A DNA stretch of 64,000 nucleotides. Source: the human T2T-CHM13v2.0 reference genome, Homo sapiens. Location of the stretch: the NCBI RefSeq assembly GCF_009914755.1, contig NC_060940.1. The stretch is one strand, 5' to 3'. The translations under genes and the position numbers were made by a program. The stretch's first letter is position 1. Each line of letters begins with the position of its first letter. This document shows, piece by piece, positions 49,060 through 64,000 of the stretch. A model generated the notes under the pieces. That model was given only the letters and a program-made list of their open reading frames with translations, was not told where the DNA came from and ran no database searches.

Positions 49060-50752
49060 CTTTCAACTGGTCAGCAACCACGCTCTGGCCCAGCCGTTCA
49101 ATAACTTTCCCATCTTCCATTTCGTACCGGTCATCTAAGTATTTTGCGGTGGCCTCAGAAATGTGAACTTTGCCGGCCACTCCCAGCTGCTCCATGAGAT
49201 TGGCCAGGTTCACATCGTTGGACCACACGTCAAATTTAAACCTCCTCATGCCCAGGATGCCGCAAAGGACGGTGCCCGTGTGCACCCCGACTCTCATGTT
49301 CACCATCTCCTTCTTCTCCTGGCAGAACTGCTCGATGGCCTTGATCATGCCCAGGCCCATCTCGATGCAGCAGTAGGCATGGTCGGCCCGGGGCTCGGGA
49401 CAGCCCGCCACGCAGTAGTAACAGTCTCCCAGGGTGCTGATTTTCTCACACTTGGTCTCCTCACACAGGCGGTCGAAGCGACCGAACAGATCGTTCAGGA
49501 GACCCACCAGGGCGTGGGCAGACTTGTTGGCACTCATCTTGGTGAAGCCCACGATATCTGCAAATAAAATACTGACTTCTTCGATCTGCTGCATCTTAAA
49601 AGGGCGGAAGGCTATAGGAGCTTTTTGGATGGAAGACTTTTTCTTCCTGTTCTTGGGGCTCGAGGTGGCATGCCTCTTGACAGAATTCTCACTCTCCTCA
49701 TCTCCCTGCTTCATTAAGTCATCGGCTATGATTCTTGGCATCACGGAATGAATCATCCTCTCTTTGAGGGCTTTTTCCACTTCCAGGTCCTTCCCGTGCA
49801 TAATGGATTGCCCCACCTTGAGGAAGGTGCTCCTGGACCTCACCTGGGACATGACGAACAGGTGGACCCCGATGGCGTGGATGCAGCCGTGGAGCAGCCC
49901 CCTGCTCAGCAGCTCCCAGTGCAGGGCCCCGGCTCCGGGCGAGGGGAAGCAGGCTTCATCCCGGAAATGGTAGCCAAAGGTCTCGAAAAGGACAGAGTAG
50001 GCCACCCCCAGACACAAACTCAGGTACAAAGGTAAGTGCATGACGGTATAGAGCAAAAAGAGCACTTCGATGCACATGGAGAAGCTCCCCACTTGAGATA
50101 AGCAAGTATCTGTGGGCCGGGCTGTGGCCGTAAGGTTGGAGCTGTCGCCGCGTCCTGAGACAGGCGTCAAGACCTGGAACTGCGCAGCCAGGGTCAGGGC
50201 GAACACCAGCAGGGTGAGAGCCAGCGAGGTCCACGCGTAATGCCGGGCGTACAGCTTGGTGAAGGTAAACAGAAAGAAGCCCACACACACCAGGAGGAAG
50301 CACAGCGCGGGGGCGACCATGACGATCAGTCTGGATCTCATGTGGACCGCAAAATAGATGCTCCACAGAAGGCAGGCGAAGCCGATGTAGAAGAGCGCAT
50401 ACCGGAACCGGCGCTGGGTCTGCGGGAAGCAGCGCTCCAGGCAGGCCTCCTCCAGGTTCACCGAGTCGAACTTGGGGTCCCACCAGCGGCTGGAGGCCCT
50501 CTCGAACAGCTGGGGCAGCTTCTTCTGCCTGCGCAGCCGGCCTCCGCCGCCCACTCGCCGGGGGACGCCCCCGGAGTCCCCAGAGCTGCTGCAGCTAGAG
50601 GAGATGCTGTATTTGCAGTGCTTGGGGTGGCTGTTGGAGGACAGCTGCTTGGGGTTGATCTTGACGCGCACGCTGTTGCTGTCCCCGCTGGAGTCGCAGC
50701 TCACCTCGGTGCTGTGGTGATGCAGCAGCTGCTGGTGGGGCGGGGAAGCCAT
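49060..50752 (-). CDS. ADCY9: Adenylate cyclase type 9, first coding exon: 564 codons + 1 nt (N-terminus, M1 six-TM bundle, C1a catalytic domain); CDS continues beyond the window
   Basis: The ORF begins MASPPHQQLLHHHSTEVSCDSSGD, has six hydrophobic segments, then class III cyclase motifs SILFADIVGFT (Asp399, codon 49558-49556), KISTLGDCYY (Asp443, 49426-49424), MRVGVHTG and FDVWSNDVNLANLMEQLG. The ATG is in strong Kozak context (GACAACATGG) with an in-frame TGA at -36. Donor AAAG|GTATGT at 49060/49059 (phase 1). Confidence 0.98.
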
Positions 50753-50795
50753 GTTGTCGAGTCCCGGGGCCTGCCCCGGCCGGGGTCACCAGTAC
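49060..50795 (-). other. ADCY9: ADCY9 exon 2 (1736 nt: 43 nt 5'UTR + 1693 nt CDS)
   Basis: Acceptor CTAACTCTCCCCGTTTTGCTGGCAG|GTAC, with branch-point CTAAC (50820-50816), a pyrimidine tract and CAG; canonical donor GTATGT at 49059. Confidence 0.93.
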
Positions 50796-51157
50796 CTGCC
50801 AGCAAAACGGGGAGAGTTAGCGGCGCTCCCACCTAGGCATGCACGCCTAGAGGCCCGGGACCTGCTCCTGTCCTAAGGGGCGGCTCCAGCACGCGACCTG
50901 GACAGGCACCATCTGTTCCTGTGGTTCCCGGCTCAGCGGTGCTCCCACCGCCCCCACCGCCCCCACCTTCGAGGCGCACGAGAACCGCTCGGGACGGACC
51001 TAGAACGCCCGGGGGTCCCCGCCGCGTGGCCGCCGTGGCTCCGGGACCGCTTTGCTCGCTCGCCTTCCGCGCCTCTCGCCCCGAGGGTGGCCTCCGCGCC
51101 GCGCGGCTTCTCCTCCTCGCGCGCTCGCCTCCTCCAGCTGCGGCTCCGGAGGGAAGT

Positions 51158-51232
51158 TCAGACCTTGAGCGCTCCCAGCCCCGCGAGCCGCCTGCGCACA
51201 AACAACTCCGCTGGCGGCGCGGAGCCCTCCAT
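51158..51232 (-). other. uORF C (MEGSAPPAELFVRRRLAGLGALKV*)
   Basis: AGGATGG strong Kozak; TGA at 51160-51158. Confidence 0.55.
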
Positions 51233-51639
51233 CCTGCAGGAGCCGCGCTCCGATGCGTCAAAGGCGGCGCGCGGCCGGCCCCGGCCCCGACCCCGACCCG
51301 GAGCAGCGAGCTTCGGCGGGCGCCCCCGGCCCGCGCTCCCCGGCCGCCCCCCGCGCTCCGGGCCGGCCCTGCCCGCGGCGGCGGGCGCTGGGGGTGGGGG
51401 CGCCCCGGGCTGCGAGTGCGCGGAGCCCGTCGGCGCGGCCCGTCTAGTGGGGCCTGCTTCCCCCCGAGTGCGCCGCCGCTCCCGCCGCGGCCGCAGCTGT
51501 CCCGGGACCGAGCGCGTGGAACCACGGACGCGGGCCCCTCGCCGGGCGGCGGTGCAGACGCTGCCGCAGAGCCGGGCTCCCGCGACGCCGGCCGGGACGC
51601 CCGCCCGCCCGCGCCCACGCCGGGGGCCGCCTCCCCGAG

Positions 51640-51696
51640 CTAGAGATGCGGCCGCCGCCGCGCCCGCCGCCGTGTCCCCCGCGGCCGCTGCCTCAT
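51640..51696 (-). other. uORF B (MRQRPRGTRRRARRRPHL*), Arg-rich
   Basis: The ATG at 51696-51694 overlaps the uORF A stop (ATGA); TAG at 51642-51640. Confidence 0.5.
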
Positions 51697-51722
51697 GTCG
51701 GAAGAGCTGCCGCCGCCACCAT
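51693..51722 (-). other. uORF A (MVAAAALPT*) in ADCY9 5'UTR
   Basis: GAGATGG strong Kozak; ATG GTG GCG GCG GCA GCT CTT CCG ACA TGA. Confidence 0.55.
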
Positions 51723-51790
51723 CTCCGGCCCCTGCCCCGCCCGCTGTCACTGACAGACGCGCGCCCGCGCCGCCCCTCGCCCAGCCGCAG

Positions 51791-51802
51791 CGCGCACGCG
51801 CG
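51791..51802. promoter_or_regulatory. NRF1-type motif
   Basis: CGCGCACGCGCG matches YGCGCAYGCGCR, about 40 nt upstream of the putative TSS. Confidence 0.55.
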
Positions 51803-51893
51803 GCCCGCGCTCGCCGCCACCGCCTCCTGGCCCCGGACACGCGCACGGGCCGCGCGCCGCCCCGCCTTGGTGCGCGCGCTGGGCTGGGGCTGC

Positions 51894-51918
51894 GGGGCGG
51901 GGCGGGGCGGGGCGGGGC
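51894..51918 (+). promoter_or_regulatory. Tandem GC boxes (GGGGC)x5: Sp/KLF sites, G-quadruplex-capable
   Basis: ggggcggggcggggcggggcggggc, about 145-165 nt upstream of the putative TSS. Confidence 0.8.
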
Positions 51919-52639
51919 GCGCGCTCGGCTCCGCCCTCCGCCCCGGGCGGCGCCGCTTCTAGGCGGCGGGCTGTGGCCGCTGTCCGCGCTCCGGGCGCTG
52001 TGGGCCCGGCCTCCCTCGGCGTCCCAGAGGCCGCGCGCCGCCCGGGGTCCCGACCCTGCGGAGAGACCTGAAGGCGCCTGCCGTGGAAGAAGCCGCTGGC
52101 CGCAACGTTTGGGAAATCAAAATGTTGCCTTCCCACTCGGCACGCCTTTGGGATAAATCGAAGTTTCCAACCGTTGGATTTCCCTCCCGGGAGGCTCCCC
52201 TTGCTCTGTAAGCAATGAATGCGGGCCCCGGGGCACTCGGCCTGCCCTGGACCTGCTCACGGGGCGACCTTCACGGGCCTAGCCTCCAAAGCTGGGCCCA
52301 CCGACGACCACGTTCCCCTGCCCCAGGGGTAGTTTACCTTGCTGTCCTTGAGCCCTTCTCCCCCTCCTCATGAACTACTGCTTTTCCTTTTACACAAATG
52401 AGACTTTCAAAGGAGTCCGCGTCCCATAATGGCAGTTGTGCATTGGCCTCCATAAACATTGCCACGTGTAAATAAAATCCTATTCTCTCTAGCATGCAGA
52501 TCCCGACCCCTTCTCCCCACACTCCACAGTGCCTCCTGCCAGTCACGGGGCTCTCTTCCATCCCCTCCCTCGCCTCCCAGGCCCAGCGCCGGGGCCCACA
52601 CCAGGTCTCACTGTTGAATTAGAAAATAAAAGTAAAATG

Positions 52640-54090
<1,451 letters not shown>

Positions 54091-54899
54091 AATAAACCTT
54101 TAATGAACATCAATTCTATGCCAGGCACTCTCACATACGAGGTTCAGAAACGCATGGTGTGTCACATGCATTCGCTTAGTAAATGGGATAACAATAGTGA
54201 ACTAACATTGACCGAACACGTCATAAATGCCAGAAACTACTGGACATTTTCACCTGTGACACATTTGGTCATTGCCACAACCCTCTGAGGTAGATACTAT
54301 TGTCCCTTGTTTAGAGAGGTGAAACCCAGGATTGAAGAGAAACGCACCCTAGGTCTCCCACTAAGGGTGATGAGTTCAGATGGAAAACCAGGTCTCAGAA
54401 TTCTGAGGCCATGACGCCTTGTGTGACCCTGGCACTACCCTCTGCAAGCCTCACGATGGCCCAGCACAGACTGTACCTGTCTCATCCATCAGCCCAACTG
54501 GATGGGAGGCCCTCAGAGCCAGGACTCATAGCTTCCGTCTTCCCTTGCTGGCTGCAACACTGTGCTCCCCGCTTCCTGGTTTCCTGAAACGATCTGAAAG
54601 CTTGCCTGTCTGCACTTCTTTCCTCCTCCCTAAATCATTTGTGGTAACTTATGTGTTTGTAAGTTAGTCACGTCGGATTTTTAGACACAAGTAATGATCA
54701 TACTCACCTCCCTACTTCTCTGGAAGCAATTCGGCCACATTGCCTGCTGTGGAAACCTATAAGCTGACAAGCCTCCCCAGTCTCCAGGTCAGGGAGTGAA
54801 TCATGCCATCAACCCCGGGGGACTGGGGCTGTGGTGCCAGCACTGGGGCTGTGTGTGTCAGGCCCTGGAGGTACAAGGATATGCCATCCGTATCTTTTC

Positions 54900-56800
<1,901 letters not shown>

Positions 56801-57016
56801 CCAGCTGGCAATCACATTTTAAGGCAAGGAGGTGCCGATTGGTGGCCCCAACAAGATGAGCTTGGTTGAAAGAGCAGATGGGAGATTCGAAGTAAAGCAT
56901 GGTGTCTGTCACTCAGCTTTGTCACCTGGCACAGCTCCTGCTGGAGCTTCCATCCCATCTGTGTGGAATAATGGTGAGGAGCCCAGGATTGGGTGTAGGA
57001 AAAACTCTGCAGGAGC

Positions 57017-59094
<2,078 letters not shown>

Positions 59095-59468
59095 TCACCA
59101 TCTGCTGGTATTTTTCCTTGGATTAATTAGTCAGGTTTTCCAGAGAAGACCCTTCAGGCTTGCTGCCACTCAGCTGAGAGGGGCAGAAGGCTGGAAGTCT
59201 CAGCCTTCAGTATCAAAACCTTCGCTCAGCAAACCATCCGTAGGGATAGTTTCAATCCTATTGGCGTGCTGCCAACCCTTACCCTGAAGTCCTATGGCAG
59301 TCACTTGCAGATGGGGCTGGATCTACCATGATGAACCTGAACTTCCTCGGAAGCATGCTTCTGTAGCCAGCATGGGAGAAACTTGCAGGCTTGTTAGGAA
59401 GATGCGTGTTTATTTTAGCCACGGGGTAGTACCAAAATACCATTAACATTACTCAAAAATAAGTTTGC

Positions 59469-61385
<1,917 letters not shown>

Positions 61386-61684
61386 ACATAATGCTTTTTG
61401 GGCCTTAATTCCCTGATAAAAACTGGAACTCTACTTTTAGGCTATGTCTACAGTACTTTAGAGACTATCAAAATAGCTTTGTATTGATGTCGAAAAAAGA
61501 AAGTCTGAGTTCTAGGAATGACAGCTGAGTACCACAGAATTCTTCCTAGACCCCATTCTCCACCCCAGCCCTTCAAGTAGATTAACCCAATTTAATGAAA
61601 CAAATCCTGATTGTACTTACTATGTCAAAGCAATGTGGTAAATTGCTGAATACTAAAGATAAATGTAAAACTAACCGGCTTTCC

Positions 61685-62900
<1,216 letters not shown>

Positions 62901-62924
62901 TGTTTTAATGGTTATGGTGATGTT

Positions 62925-63885
<961 letters not shown>

Positions 63886-64000
63886 TCCAGGTGGTAAACT
63901 TTCTGGTATGTGTATTTTACCACAATTAATAATAGTAATAATAGGCTGGGCATGGTGGCCCATGCCTATAATCCCAGTGCTTTGGGATGTGAGGCAGGAG

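Larger units (their letters stand above)
51000..51752 (-). other. ADCY9: ADCY9 non-coding exon 1 (GC-rich 5'UTR); 5' end approximate
   Basis: Donor TTCTAG|GTCCGT at 51000/50999, followed by intronic G-runs. Inr-like GTCAGT on the minus strand at 51754-51749. Consistent with my recollection of the annotated gene structure. Confidence 0.72.
50100..52330. promoter_or_regulatory. CpG island / TATA-less ADCY9 promoter
   Basis: Very high GC and CpG density spanning the 5' part of exon 2, intron 1, exon 1 and ~600 nt upstream; boundaries estimated by eye. Confidence 0.92.

Noticed and set aside
49001-50752. 583-aa ORF as a complete single-exon gene
   Set aside because: It has only one TM bundle and one cyclase domain, and a canonical donor at 49060 ends the exon. 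The last residues are intronic; this is kept only as an isoform hypothesis.
50753-50795. Non-AUG N-terminal extension of AC9
   Set aside because: An in-frame TGA lies 36 nt upstream of the ATG within exon 2.
49163-50836. Antisense and alternate-frame ORFs over exon 2 (e.g. 198 aa +, 175 aa -)
   Set aside because: Shadow ORFs expected from GC3-rich codon usage in the real CDS.
50833-52156. Long Arg/Pro/Ala/Gly-rich ORFs (220-291 aa) on both strands
   Set aside because: These reflect stop-codon scarcity in a CpG island; most have non-ATG starts and no recognisable domain.

Overview
Human (primate) genomic DNA containing the 5' end of ADCY9 (adenylate cyclase 9; recognised from the protein, chr16p13.3 by recollection), transcribed on the minus strand. 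A CpG-island promoter (~50100-52330) with an Inr-like start near 51751 leads into a non-coding exon 1 (~51752-51000), a 204-nt intron 1, and a 1736-nt exon 2 (50795-49060). Exon 2 carries the start codon and 1693 nt of CDS encoding the N-terminus, the M1 six-TM bundle and catalytic C1a. Positions 1-49059 belong to the very long intron 2, and 52330-64000 is upstream DNA. Both are dense in Alu elements (roughly 70-75 copies or fragments by eye), plus old L1, L2/MIR, MaLR/ERV1 LTR and hAT transposon relics. Nearly all other ORFs in the track are Alu, microsatellite or GC-bias artefacts. I found no new protein-coding system. The best leads are: a three-uORF cassette in the ADCY9 5'UTR with an AUGA stop/start overlap; a read-through stop overlapping ATTAAA just inside intron 2 that could give a half-size cyclase; an Alu-Alu-mediated ~690-bp tandem duplication with a traceable chimeric Alu; fold-back/templated-mutation hairpins at Alu junctions; and a motif-dense intronic enhancer candidate. 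Repeat family names and boundaries come from visual recognition, not from a RepeatMasker run.
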